Shown in pieces: positions 17,151 through 26,593 of a stretch of DNA of 62,453 bases. Made by a program: the position numbers and the translations under genes. Within the stretch, counting starts at the first letter, position 1, and every line of letters begins with the position of its first letter. Under the pieces are notes generated by a model. That model was not told the origin of the DNA and made no database searches. It worked only from the letters and a program-made list of their open reading frames with translations. The stretch comes from an uncultured Flavonifractor sp. (lineage in GTDB: Bacteria; Bacillota; Clostridia; Oscillospirales; Oscillospiraceae), in contig CANSQX010000001.1 of NCBI GenBank assembly GCA_947649225.1, positions 1 through 62,453 on the forward strand, given 5' to 3'.

Positions 17151-20100
17151 CTACTCCAGGAGCTCTTTCAAGAGCTCCATTAGCTTGGGCACGTCGATGG
17201 GCTTCGCGATATGTCCGTTCATACCGGCCTCCAGGGCCGCCCGCCGGTCCTCGTCAAAGGCATTGGCGGTCATAGCGATGATGGGGATATGGGCCAGGCG
17301 CGGGTCCTCCAGCGCCCGGATCTGCTGGGTGGCCTCATAGCCGTCCATGATGGGCATCTGAATATCCATCAAAATCAGATCGTACCAGCCGGGGCCCGCC
17401 TCCTTCAGCTTCTCCAAGGCAACGGCCCCGTCGCCCACCACGTCGACGGCCAGCCCTGCGCCCTGGAGAATCTCCACGGCGATCTCCTGGTTCAGCTCGT
17501 TGTCCTCTGCCAGCAGGAGGCGCCGCCCGGTGAGGTCTGCGGCTTGCTCCGCGCTGGACTCCGGGCCGGGGGCGGCAAAGGGGGATTCCAGCACCTCACG
17601 CAGCTCAGACAGGAAGATGGGCTTGGAGCAGAAAGCGGTGACGCCCGCGTCCCGGGCCTCCTCCTCGATATCTGCCCAGTCGTAGGCGGTCAGGATGATG
17701 ATGGGCGTATCCCCGCCGATGAGCCCGCGGATCCGCCGCACCACCTCCACCCCGTTCATGTCGGGCATCAGCCAGTCGATGATATAGGCGGCATAGGCGT
17801 CTGTCTGCTCCACGGCCAGCTTGGTGCGCAGCACCGCCTCCTTGCCCGAGGTGGTCCAGTCCGGCCGCATCCCGATGATGGAGAGCATTTTGGTCACGCT
17901 GGAGCACGTATTGAAGTCGTCGTCGGCCACCAGGGCCCGAAGCCCCTGGAGCTGCGGGATGACCTCCTGCCGGACCGGACCGGAACAGATCCGGAATTGC
18001 AGGGAGACGGTGAAGGTGGTGCCCTTTCCCTCCTCGCTGGCCACGGAAATGGCGCCGCCCATCATGTCCACAATGTTCTTGGTGATGGCCATGCCCAGCC
18101 CCGTGCCCTGGATGCCGCTGATGGTGCTGGTCCGCTCCCGCTCGAAGGGCTCGAAGACGTGGGCCTGGAACTCCTTGCTCATACCGATGCCGGTGTCCCG
18201 GACCTGGAACTCATAGGCGGCCCAGCCGTCCGCCGCCGCGCCCTTCTGGATGATGCGCACGCCCACCATGCCGCCGGGCAGCGTAAACTTCATGGCGTTG
18301 CTCAGCAGGTTCAGCAGAATCTGGTTGAGCCGGAGCTTGTCGCACAGCACATGCTCGTTGACCACGTCTGCGGTGTCGATGTAAAATTCCAGCTGCTTGG
18401 AGGCAATATCCGCCTGCACAATGGTTTTCAGGTCGTGCATACACTCGGGGAGGGAGGTCTCCTTCTCCTCGATCTTGACCTTGCCGCTCTCAATGCGGCT
18501 CATGTCCAGCACGTCGTTGATCAGGCTCAGCAGGTGGTTGCTGGAGGTGGTGATCTTGCCCAGATAGTCCTGGACCTGCTCCGGGTGGTCGATGTGCGCT
18601 GCGGCCAGAGAGGTAAAGCCGATGATGGCGTTCATGGGGGTACGGATGTCGTGGGACATGTTGTTCAAGAAGGTCGTCTTGGCCCGGTTGGCGTGCTGGG
18701 CGGCCGCCAGGGCGTCCTCCAGATCCAGCCGCTGGAGATCCAGCTGTTCGTTCATGTTCCGTGCGTCGTCCACGTCCAGGAAGAGACCCACAAAGGAGAT
18801 GGGCGAGCCGTCCTCCCGCCGGGACAGCCGGCCGGCCGCATGGAACCACCGCCAGCCCGCGTGCCGGGTCAGAAGCCGGTATTCCACATCGTAGGTTTTT
18901 TCGCCGGTGTAGTCCATGACCGTGTCCCAGTACGCCCGGAGCACCCGGTCCCTGTCCTCCTCATAGAGGAGATCGGACCAGGACTCCAGCCGGTTGGGGA
19001 AGTCCTCCTCGCTCTCATAGCCCAGCATGTTCCGGAACACGTCGGTCCAGGTGCAGGAGACCATCTCCGCATTCTCGTTGAACTCCATGCTCCACAGGCC
19101 GGAGCCCAGGGCGGCGTGGATGATGTCCATGGCGGTCTGCTCCCGCTCAATCTGGGCGTAGGCGGCCCGGATTCTGTCCCCGTCGGCCTTCTCCTGCTGG
19201 AGGAGGAGGCGGGCGCTCCGCCGGTACTGTCCGATCAGCGCCGCGAATACCCCCAGCATGGCGGCCACCGTGACGGCGATCTGGATGATGCTGCGGCGCA
19301 GCATTCCGGAGCTGATGGAGCTGATCTGTTCGCCCAGCACATTATCCCGGATCAGGATGGTCATCATCCAGTTGGTGCCCTCCACCGGCATATAGCACAG
19401 GTCCTCCTGGATACCCGCATAGCGGAAGGAGGCCTGACCCGGGCGGCCGCTGGTGAAGTCCTCCGTCAGCCGGGCATAGCTGGAGCCGTTCGCCATCTCC
19501 GCCTCCGACAGGGCCGTGAGGAGGTTTTGTCCGGCCATGAGATTGCCGAAGCTGTTGTTGGTCAGGCTGGTCCCGTTGCGGTAGTAGAGGTTGCAGTAGG
19601 TCTCATTGACGCCGGTCTCAAGGGTGAGGGAACTGAGCATCTCGTCAATATTGAGCTGAAGGAAGCAGACCTTCAGCTGCTTTCCCTGAAAGGAGAGATC
19701 CTCCACCGGCATGGCCAGGGTCACCTGCTTCTTTGCCCCATAGAGGTTGGCTGTCCTCACCACCGGTCCGGTCAGCTCTTCGCTCAGGAAGCTGTACCGG
19801 CTCAGCCCCGAGGTGACGCTGTGCTCCGTATAGACGATGCCATCGGCGTCCACCAGCGCGAATTTCTCCACGCCGTACAGCCGCCTGACCCGCCCGAGAA
19901 AGCGGCACAGGCTCTCCTGAGAGGCCAGGTCGGCGGGCTCCAGAATGCCGAGGGCGTTCTCTATGTAAGTAAAGTGGGTGTTCAGCTCCCCGGAGACCAC
20001 CTGGGCCCGCCGTCCGGCCAGCTCCTCCAGGTAGAACTCGCTGATCCGGCCCACCGCCTCCCGGGTACCGGTTCGCGCAGTGCCGGACACCCAGACTGTT

Positions 20101-20222
20101 GTGACAAGCAGGATGGCCGCAATGATCAATCCGCCCAGGATGGCAAACGCGACGGTCTGCCTGTTCTGTGTTCCCTTGGCGCCAGTATACTGTGACCGCT
20201 CCATAGTTCCGTTTCCCGCCAT
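17151..20222 (-). CDS. Hybrid sensor histidine kinase (TM, Cache-like sensor, TM, PAS, HisKA, HATPase_c, two receiver domains)
   Basis: H-box TFLNNMSHDIRTPMNAIIGF. LLSNAMKFTLPGG, DTGIGM, GTGLGMAITKNIV. Receivers ALVADDDFNT...IIDWLMPDMNG and LLLAEDNELNQEI...LMDIQMPIMDG. Confidence 0.9.
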   Translation of the reverse strand: MAGNGTMERSQYTGAKGTQNRQTVAFAILGGLIIAAILLVTTVWVSGTARTGTREAVGRISEFYLEELAGRRAQVVSGELNTHFTYIENALGILEPADLASQESLCRFLGRVRRLYGVEKFALVDADGIVYTEHSVTSGLSRYSFLSEELTGPVVRTANLYGAKKQVTLAMPVEDLSFQGKQLKVCFLQLNIDEMLSSLTLETGVNETYCNLYYRNGTSLTNNSFGNLMAGQNLLTALSEAEMANGSSYARLTEDFTSGRPGQASFRYAGIQEDLCYMPVEGTNWMMTILIRDNVLGEQISSISSGMLRRSIIQIAVTVAAMLGVFAALIGQYRRSARLLLQQEKADGDRIRAAYAQIEREQTAMDIIHAALGSGLWSMEFNENAEMVSCTWTDVFRNMLGYESEEDFPNRLESWSDLLYEEDRDRVLRAYWDTVMDYTGEKTYDVEYRLLTRHAGWRWFHAAGRLSRREDGSPISFVGLFLDVDDARNMNEQLDLQRLDLEDALAAAQHANRAKTTFLNNMSHDIRTPMNAIIGFTSLAAAHIDHPEQVQDYLGKITTSSNHLLSLINDVLDMSRIESGKVKIEEKETSLPECMHDLKTIVQADIASKQLEFYIDTADVVNEHVLCDKLRLNQILLNLLSNAMKFTLPGGMVGVRIIQKGAAADGWAAYEFQVRDTGIGMSKEFQAHVFEPFERERTSTISGIQGTGLGMAITKNIVDMMGGAISVASEEGKGTTFTVSLQFRICSGPVRQEVIPQLQGLRALVADDDFNTCSSVTKMLSIIGMRPDWTTSGKEAVLRTKLAVEQTDAYAAYIIDWLMPDMNGVEVVRRIRGLIGGDTPIIILTAYDWADIEEEARDAGVTAFCSKPIFLSELREVLESPFAAPGPESSAEQAADLTGRRLLLAEDNELNQEIAVEILQGAGLAVDVVGDGAVALEKLKEAGPGWYDLILMDIQMPIMDGYEATQQIRALEDPRLAHIPIIAMTANAFDEDRRAALEAGMNGHIAKPIDVPKLMELLKELLE

Positions 20223-20225
20223 TCC

Positions 20226-21428
20226 TTAAAGAATTTCGCCGTACAGGATCTCCAGCATCGCCGCTGCGCCGTCCTGATAGATGAGGGTGGTAGGCTCCTC
20301 TGTCTTTTCCGGATAGTCCTCCTCCGGCCGCCCGCCGTCCGCGATTTTGACCGCCACCTGGATGGTGTCAAAGCCGATGGAGTAGCAGTCCTGAACGCCC
20401 AGGGCGTAGATGACGCCGCTGCGCAGGTAGCGCAGGGCCTCCTGATCGTGGTCCATGCCCACAATCACAACGCTGTCCGATCGGCCGGCCTCCACCACCG
20501 CCCGGGCGGCCCCCACCGGATTGCTCATATTGCAGCATACAATCCCCGCCAAATCCGGCTGCCGCTCCAGAAAGTCCTGGGTCAGCCGGTAGGCCTTGTC
20601 CACAGAGTCTCCGTCGTAGTCCAGCTCCACCAGCTCCATCTCCGGATACCGGGCCAGCACGTCCTGGGCGCCCCGGGCCCGGTCCTCATGGCAGGGCGCG
20701 CCCTCCGTGCCCACCAGAATGGCCACCTTTCCCCGGAAGCCCAGCTTCTCGCACAGGGCCTCTGTCAGCGCGGCGCCGTCCTCGTAGTTGTGGGTATTGC
20801 CCACATAGGCAATCCGCGTACAGCCGTCCTCCCGCGCCGCGTCGGAGCTGGAGAAGGTCATTACCCGCTGGCCGTCCGCGATCAGGGCGTTGATGGCAGG
20901 GGTCACTGCGGCCACGTCGGCCACGTCCACGCCGATGACGTCAAACTCCCGCCCCGCGGCGTCCTCCAGACGGCGGATCTGGTCCTGGGCCGAGACTGTG
21001 CCGGGGGCCAGGTACTCGTAGTCGATGACGACGCCCATGTCCTCATACTGCCGGGCCGCATCCTCCATCCCCAGCGCCACCGCGTCCCACCAGGGATGGA
21101 CCACCTTATAAGTAAAATAGAAGCGGTACGCACGCTTGTGCGGCTGGTATCCGTCCAGCTCCCGGTCAAACCGGACCGCGCTGGCCGTGTCTCCGCCGCT
21201 GGGGACCGCCACAGACTGCGTGGGCTCCGCCGGCTGGAGATTGCCCCCCGGACTGCCGGTACAGCCGGACAGCCCCAGACCGCACCCGCCAATCAACGCG
21301 GCCAGCAGGAGCGTCCTGCGCCCCGTTTCCCTGAGTTCCCTCAGCCATTGCTCCGACCAACGAAAGGACCGCTTACCACCGGACCTGTGGTCCTGGGACC
21401 GTGAGGCCCCCCGCGCTTTCTTCCGCAT
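20226..21428 (-). CDS. Periplasmic-binding-protein type I (sugar-binding-like) lipoprotein, co-transcribed with the hybrid kinase
   Basis: Lipobox GLGLSGCTGS. PBP1 pattern ...DVIGVDVADVAAVTPAINALIADGQRVMTFSS...VAILVGTEGAPCHEDRARGAQDVL...IVCCNMSNPVGAARAVVEAGR. ATG at 21428 after gggagagag. The stop lies 3 nt before the kinase ATG. Confidence 0.85.
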   Translation of the reverse strand: MRKKARGASRSQDHRSGGKRSFRWSEQWLRELRETGRRTLLLAALIGGCGLGLSGCTGSPGGNLQPAEPTQSVAVPSGGDTASAVRFDRELDGYQPHKRAYRFYFTYKVVHPWWDAVALGMEDAARQYEDMGVVIDYEYLAPGTVSAQDQIRRLEDAAGREFDVIGVDVADVAAVTPAINALIADGQRVMTFSSSDAAREDGCTRIAYVGNTHNYEDGAALTEALCEKLGFRGKVAILVGTEGAPCHEDRARGAQDVLARYPEMELVELDYDGDSVDKAYRLTQDFLERQPDLAGIVCCNMSNPVGAARAVVEAGRSDSVVIVGMDHDQEALRYLRSGVIYALGVQDCYSIGFDTIQVAVKIADGGRPEEDYPEKTEEPTTLIYQDGAAAMLEILYGEIL

Positions 21429-21593
21429 AGCCGCACTCTCTCCCTTCGGATGGATTCCAAGTAATGCCGGTCTGACCTGCTCCGGCAGACCAAGCGGTAC
21501 TATTATATCACAGACGGAGACAGAAAAAAATATCAAACTGTGTTTCTTTCCCGCCAAAAACGCAGCAATCTCCTCTGCGGCGTCCCCGGGCAT

Positions 21594-21716
21594 ACACAAA
21601 CGCCGCAGATTTCCCGTTCAAAAAATCTGCGGCGCTGGAGGGTGCCCTCCCGGGGCGCAGCGCACGCTGCAACTGCGGGTCCCGGTCAGTATATCAGATT
21701 TCCGCCCCGCCGACAA
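21594..21716 (-). ncRNA. Candidate ~90-nt small RNA or 5' attenuator: promoter TTGTCG-N17-TATACT to a hairpin plus UUUGUGU
   Basis: Minus strand: ttgtcg (21711..21716), 17-nt spacer ending in tga, tatact (21688..21693). GC-rich structured segment, then the 12-bp stem cgccgcagattt / aaatctgcggcg (21601..21634), then tttgtgt. No ORF with an RBS inside. Confidence 0.25.
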
Positions 21717-21789
21717 GAGCAAAATGGGAAATATCCGCCCCCCCTCCGGGCCCCGCTCATTTAACCGCTTTTGGCGGGACCCGTCCCCC

Positions 21790-21842
21790 TTGACAAACAG
21801 CCTACAACGTGTTATCTTAGTTTTTGGACTACAATCTGTTAT
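21790..21842 (+). promoter_or_regulatory. blaI promoter TTGACA-N17-TATCTT plus two 14-bp CTACAAnnTGTTAT repeats (candidate BlaI operators)
   Basis: ttgaca at 21790..21795, tatctt at 21813..21818. ctacaacgtgttat at 21802..21815 and ctacaatctgttat at 21829..21842, each holding an ACA-N3-TGT dyad. Confidence 0.5.
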
Positions 21843-21859
21843 GTTAGGAGGTTATCGCT

Positions 21860-22243
21860 GTGATCCCACAGGTTTCGGACTCCGAGCTGGCGCTGATGAA
21901 AATCATCTGGGCGGAGGGCGGGAAAGCCCTGTATGCCGCCATCATGGAGCGCCTGACCGCCTCAGGCCGGTCCTGGCAGAAGAACACCGTGATCACCCTG
22001 CTCTCCCGGCTGGTGGAGAAGGGGCTGCTCAAGACCAGCAAGCTGGGCCGCCGCAACGAGTACGCCGCCCTGGTCTCGGAGGAGGACTATCAGGCGGCGC
22101 AGGCCCGAACGCTTCTGGACAAGCTCTATGAGGGCAGCGCCAGGGGCCTCGTCGCCACGCTGATCCAGGCCGGGCTCCTCTCGGCGGCGGACTGCGAGGA
22201 ACTGCGGCAGTTCTGGGAGGGGGCGTGGCAGGCCGGTGAATGA
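21860..22243 (+). CDS. blaI: BlaI/MecI/CopY-family transcriptional repressor
   Basis: SDSELALMKIIWAEGGKALYAAIMERL...WQKNTVITLLSRLVEKGLLKTSKLGRRNEYAALVSEEDY. GTG start after aggagg. Confidence 0.9.
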   Translation: MIPQVSDSELALMKIIWAEGGKALYAAIMERLTASGRSWQKNTVITLLSRLVEKGLLKTSKLGRRNEYAALVSEEDYQAAQARTLLDKLYEGSARGLVATLIQAGLLSAADCEELRQFWEGAWQAGE

Positions 22244-23996
22244 GCTGTTGAAGCGGGTGCTCTCCCTGTCCCTGTCCGGCTCGCTGGTAATCCTTCTGCT
22301 GGCGCTGTGCCGGCCCCTGCTCCGCACCCGGCTGAGCCGCCGGTGGCAGTCTTACATCTGGCTTGTGGCGGTGGTCCGGCTGCTTCTGCCCGCCGCCCCG
22401 GCGGTCAGCCCCATCGGGGCGCTGTTCCAGGACAGACCGCCGGCCGCCGTACAGCTGGAGGCAGACGGCGCATCCGCCCCCGTGACCCCGGCGGAGACGG
22501 CGATGCCGTCCGGCGCCCGGGGACCCGCCCCGCAGAGCGCCGGGGAACGGCTCCTGGACCACCTCTGGCTGATCTGGCTGGGGATCGCTCTGGCGCTGCT
22601 GCTGCGGAAGCTCACCCTCTATCAGAGCTTTGTCCGCTATGTCAGGGCCGGACAGGAGGCGGTCTCCCAGGTGGAACGGCTGGACGCCCTGGCGGAGATT
22701 GGGGCGGAGATCGGGGTCCGGCGGCCGGTGGAGCTGGCGGTCAACCGGGCAGTCTCCTCCCCCCTGCTGGTGGGCCTCCTCCGGCCCTGCATCGTCCTGC
22801 CCGGCGCCGATCTGCCGGACGCGGATTTCCGGTACACCGTCCTCCACGAGCTCGCCCACTGGCGGCGGGGGGATATGCTCTGCAAGCAGCTGGTCCAGAT
22901 CGCCGTCTGCCTGCACTGGTTCAACCCGCTGGTGTGGTGGATGGCCCGGGAGATGGACCGGGCCTGCGAGCTCGCCTGTGACGAGGCCGTGCTCCGCCGT
23001 CTGGCCGCGCCGGAGCGGCGGGCCTACGGCGACACCCTGCTCCGGGCCATGGAGGCCGGGTGCGGCTGCAAGAGCGCTCCAGGGGCCGTACCCCTCAGCG
23101 GGGGCGCAAAGCTGTTGAAAGAGAGGTTGGATGCGATTATGACATTCCGGCAGAGACCGAAGTATCTCACAGCGCTGTCTCTAGCGCTGGCGGCCGTGCT
23201 GACCGTAGGCGCGGCGGCGGCCGGGGCCTATACCGGACCCGCCGGACAGATTGCCCTTCCGGCGGTGATCGCGGCGAAGCGCCCCGGCCGGACGCCGGAC
23301 CGGAGCCGCCCCGATCCTGCCGCCCAGGCGGAGCGGTTTTACGAGGCGGGCAGCCTCCCGCTGTTCGCAGCGGTATTCGGCGATCTGGACGGGGACAGCC
23401 AGCGCGCCTGGCTGGAGCGGCTCTATGACGGCGGGGATTTTCTCTTCTTCTCCACCGCCGTGCGGAGCCTGGAGGAGGGCAGTCCCCTCCTGGCGGACTT
23501 CGCGGAGCGGGCCTATGCCGACGGGTCGCCCGCCTGGTTCTCCGCCCTGGCCGGCTGCATGGACAGGGCGGCCCTGGAGGACTGGCTGGACCGGGCCCTC
23601 GGGGACGGGGACTTCGCCTTCCAGTCCACGCTGTTCCACCTGCTGGACAAGGATGAGGAGCTGGAAACGCTGGAAAAGGAGCTGGACCGGCAGCTTGCGG
23701 CGGAGTATGCTGCTCACGGCGTCACCCTGGACGGCAAGAACCGCTGGTATCGGGGCGAGCTGGTCCGCATCTTCCTGGACCTCCAGCCCGACAGCGCCTT
23801 TTACTGCCTGGACATCAACCCCAAGGGAACTGTGGATCTCAAAATCGTCCGGGAGAACGGGGCCATCCAGGCCGTGACCGAGATGACCCGGGCCGAGGCG
23901 GCGGAGCTGCTCGACGATTGGATGGACGGGGACGGTAAAGAGCCCGGACCGGACCAGGACGCCGCCGCAGGCGTTTGGGATTGGGACTGGGACTGA
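22236..23996 (+). CDS. blaR1: BlaR1-like M56 metallopeptidase signal transducer with a non-PBP C-terminal domain
   Basis: TM N-terminus. Zinc motif VLHELAHWRRGD and FNPLVWWMAREMDRACELACDEAV. The start overlaps the blaI stop. The C-terminal ~250 aa (DGGDFLFFSTAVRSLEE...DGDFAFQSTLFHLL) is not penicillin-binding-like. Confidence 0.85.
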   Translation: MNELLKRVLSLSLSGSLVILLLALCRPLLRTRLSRRWQSYIWLVAVVRLLLPAAPAVSPIGALFQDRPPAAVQLEADGASAPVTPAETAMPSGARGPAPQSAGERLLDHLWLIWLGIALALLLRKLTLYQSFVRYVRAGQEAVSQVERLDALAEIGAEIGVRRPVELAVNRAVSSPLLVGLLRPCIVLPGADLPDADFRYTVLHELAHWRRGDMLCKQLVQIAVCLHWFNPLVWWMAREMDRACELACDEAVLRRLAAPERRAYGDTLLRAMEAGCGCKSAPGAVPLSGGAKLLKERLDAIMTFRQRPKYLTALSLALAAVLTVGAAAAGAYTGPAGQIALPAVIAAKRPGRTPDRSRPDPAAQAERFYEAGSLPLFAAVFGDLDGDSQRAWLERLYDGGDFLFFSTAVRSLEEGSPLLADFAERAYADGSPAWFSALAGCMDRAALEDWLDRALGDGDFAFQSTLFHLLDKDEELETLEKELDRQLAAEYAAHGVTLDGKNRWYRGELVRIFLDLQPDSAFYCLDINPKGTVDLKIVRENGAIQAVTEMTRAEAAELLDDWMDGDGKEPGPDQDAAAGVWDWDWD

Positions 23997-24152
23997 GGCG
24001 GTCCGGCGGCCGGCGCTCTTTGGGGCTTCCATCATAAAAAATGACGAAAATTGTACAGAAAATAGGGGCAAATTTCGGGTACTCTGTTATACAATGGAGC
24101 AGGAATTCTGAATCAAACCGGCCGGTTCACCCGGCCAGTGGGAGGATGCTCT

Positions 24153-25397
24153 ATGACAGCCCAGGAGACCTATCAGGCCCGCCTGAAGCGGGTGAGCGAT
24201 GCCATCAGCCTCAACCAGCCCGACCGGGTGCCCATTGTGCCCGCGGCCAGCGCCCTGCCCTTCTTCCTCACGGAGGACACCACCTACCGGGACGCCATGT
24301 ACGACTTTCCCAAGGCTTCCCGGGCCATCTACGCCTTCTGCCGGGATTTTCAGCCGGACGCCTTCAACGGCCCCGCCCTGACCAGCGGCCGGGCCAACGA
24401 GCTGGCGGGCTCCACCATGATCGACTGGCCGGGCCGCCCGGGCACCCGGGTGCCCGACTGGTCCACCCACCAGTGCTTCGAGTTTGAGTACCTCCAGGAG
24501 GACGAGTACCCAGAGCTGCTGCGGGATTTTACCGGCTTTATGCTCCGCAAGTACATCCCCCGGGCCTTCCCGGGGCTCAAGGGGCTGGAGAGCGTCCGCT
24601 TTGTGCCCTCCATCGTACTGAGCACCGGGGTGCTGGGGGGCCTGTATACCCCCGGGGCCCTGGCGGCCTATGATACCCTGCGGGAGATCGGCAAACACGA
24701 CGGCGAGGCGAGAGCGGAGTATGCCAGGCTTCTCGCCTCCCTCCAGGAGGAGCTGGGCCTGCCCCTCATGTGGGGAACCTATGGGGAGGCCCCCTTCGAC
24801 ATCCTCAGCGACTACTACCGGGGCACCATGGGGACCTTCCAGGACCTGGCCGAGCAGCCAGAGCACATTGCCGCCACCTGCGACCTGTTCGCCGATCTCC
24901 AGATCGAGAGGTTCCGCAGCCTCACCGAGGCGGAGCTGCCGGTGCGCCGGATCAACTTCCCCATGCACAAGGGCATGGACGGCTTCATGAGCCCCCAGCA
25001 GTACACAGAGCTCTACTGGAAGCCCCTGAAAAAAGTCCTCAACGCCCTGATTGCGATGAATATCACTCCCATCCTCTATACCGAGGGCCCCTACGACACC
25101 CGGGTGGAGCAGCTGTGCGATCTGCCCCGGGGCAAGGTCCTGGTCCACTTCGAGCAGGCCGACATGGCCCGGGCCAAGCGGCTCCTGGGGGACACCTGCT
25201 GCCTCAGCGGCAACGTCCCGGTCTACCTGCTGGAGCACGGCAGCCGGGCGGAGGTGTCCGATGCGGTCAAGGGACTGCTGGACACCTGCGCCCCCGGCGG
25301 CGGCTATATCCTGGACACCGACTGCTGCATCGAGAACGCCAGGCGGGAAAACCTGGAGGCCATGTTTGAAACCGCCCTGACCTACGGCGTCTATTGA
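24153..25397 (+). CDS. Uroporphyrinogen-decarboxylase (URO-D) superfamily protein (methyltransferase/decarboxylase-like)
   Basis: QETYQARLKRVSDAISLNQPDRVPIV... and the C-terminal DTCAPGGGYILDTDCCIENARRENLEAM are typical of URO-D/MtaA-like proteins. ATG at 24153 after gggagga. Confidence 0.75.
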   Translation: MTAQETYQARLKRVSDAISLNQPDRVPIVPAASALPFFLTEDTTYRDAMYDFPKASRAIYAFCRDFQPDAFNGPALTSGRANELAGSTMIDWPGRPGTRVPDWSTHQCFEFEYLQEDEYPELLRDFTGFMLRKYIPRAFPGLKGLESVRFVPSIVLSTGVLGGLYTPGALAAYDTLREIGKHDGEARAEYARLLASLQEELGLPLMWGTYGEAPFDILSDYYRGTMGTFQDLAEQPEHIAATCDLFADLQIERFRSLTEAELPVRRINFPMHKGMDGFMSPQQYTELYWKPLKKVLNALIAMNITPILYTEGPYDTRVEQLCDLPRGKVLVHFEQADMARAKRLLGDTCCLSGNVPVYLLEHGSRAEVSDAVKGLLDTCAPGGGYILDTDCCIENARRENLEAMFETALTYGVY

Positions 25398-25558
25398 TTC
25401 TTGTTCTGATCGTCAACACAGTTGAGAACGAGCCGGTGTTGGGCCCCGCCCAAACCCGCCAGGGCTTTGCCCCGGACCCGCCGCCCTTTGAAACGGGCGG
25501 CCCGAAGCCTGACTCATTTTGAACTGCGGTCCCGATAAAAGAAACGCACTGCGCGCAA

Positions 25559-25601
25559 GACAGCTGCCCGCCCCGGAAACGCTCCGGGGCGGGCAGCTGT
25601 C
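25559..25601. terminator. Perfect 19-bp stem hairpin between convergent operons (bidirectional terminator)
   Basis: gacagctgcccgccccgga-aacgc-tccggggcgggcagctgtc. Confidence 0.8.
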
Positions 25602-25613
25602 GTATCAGGGGGC

Positions 25614-26582
25614 TTACTTGCCCAGGAGGGCCTGGGCGGTATCGGCGATGCCCGCGGCATCCAGATGGTAGTACTTGTAGACCTCCTCAGGGGAGCCCAG
25701 CACGGCAAACTGGTCGGGCAGGCCGGCCCGCTTGAACTTGCAGTCCAGATTGGCCTCGGCCAGGACCTCGGCCACCGCGCCGCCCAGACCGCCGTTGATG
25801 CTGTGGTCCTCCACGGACATGACGGCGCCGGTCTCCTTGGCGCACTTGATCACCTTCTCGGCGTCGAAGGGCTTGATGGTGTGCATATCCACCACGCGGG
25901 CGCTGATGCCCCGGGTCTCCAGCTCCTTGGAGGCCATCAGGGCCCAGTAGACGCTGGGGCCGCAGCCGATGAGGGTGATGTCCTTGCCGTCCCGGACGGT
26001 GATGGCCTTGCCGATCTCGAAGTCATAGTCGTTGTTGGCGTAGACGTCGGGCTCGCCGCCGCGGCTGATGCGGATGATCATGGGGCCCTGGTGGGTCAGG
26101 GAGGCGCGGATGACCTTGCGGCACTGACCGGCGTCGGCGGGAACGCAGATAGTCAGGTTGGGGATGGCCCGGTAGAGGGCCAGGTCGGCGATGACGTTGT
26201 GGGTGGGGCCGCCGCCGGAGGTCACGCCGGAGTGGGTGCCGATGAGGCGGACGTTCACATCGTTATAGGCGGCGTCGGTGTGGATCTGGTCGGCGGCGCG
26301 CAGGGGCAGGAAGGGTCCGAACACCTGGGCGAAGACCACCTTGCCGGAGAGAGCCAGGCCGGTGGCGATCCCCACCTCGTCCTGCTCGGCGATGCCCACG
26401 TTGACGCAGCGCTCGGGGTACTTGGACATCATCTTTCCGGCGGAGCAGGACTCAGGGGCGTTGTCCGAGCAGACAAAGGCGAAGTCAATGCCCTCGTCGG
26501 CAATGGCCATCAGCTCCTCGCCGTAGGCCTCGCGGGCGGAGGAGAGCATCATATCAAAATCAAAGGTCGTTTCAACTGCCAT
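25614..26582 (-). CDS. Transketolase, C-terminal (pyrimidine-binding) subunit
   Basis: REAYGEELMAIADEG...VNVGIAEQDEVGIATGLALSGKVVFAQVFGPFL-LRAADQIHTDAAYNDVNVRLIGTHSGVTSGGGPTHNVIADLALYRAIPNL. Confidence 0.9.
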   Translation of the reverse strand: MAVETTFDFDMMLSSAREAYGEELMAIADEGIDFAFVCSDNAPESCSAGKMMSKYPERCVNVGIAEQDEVGIATGLALSGKVVFAQVFGPFLPLRAADQIHTDAAYNDVNVRLIGTHSGVTSGGGPTHNVIADLALYRAIPNLTICVPADAGQCRKVIRASLTHQGPMIIRISRGGEPDVYANNDYDFEIGKAITVRDGKDITLIGCGPSVYWALMASKELETRGISARVVDMHTIKPFDAEKVIKCAKETGAVMSVEDHSINGGLGGAVAEVLAEANLDCKFKRAGLPDQFAVLGSPEEVYKYYHLDAAGIADTAQALLGK

Positions 26583-26593
26583 GACAGATTACC

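Noticed and set aside
17211-20195. 994-aa plus-strand ORF
   Set aside because: It is antisense to a hybrid histidine kinase that has all its catalytic motifs. It is a typical GC-rich shadow ORF.
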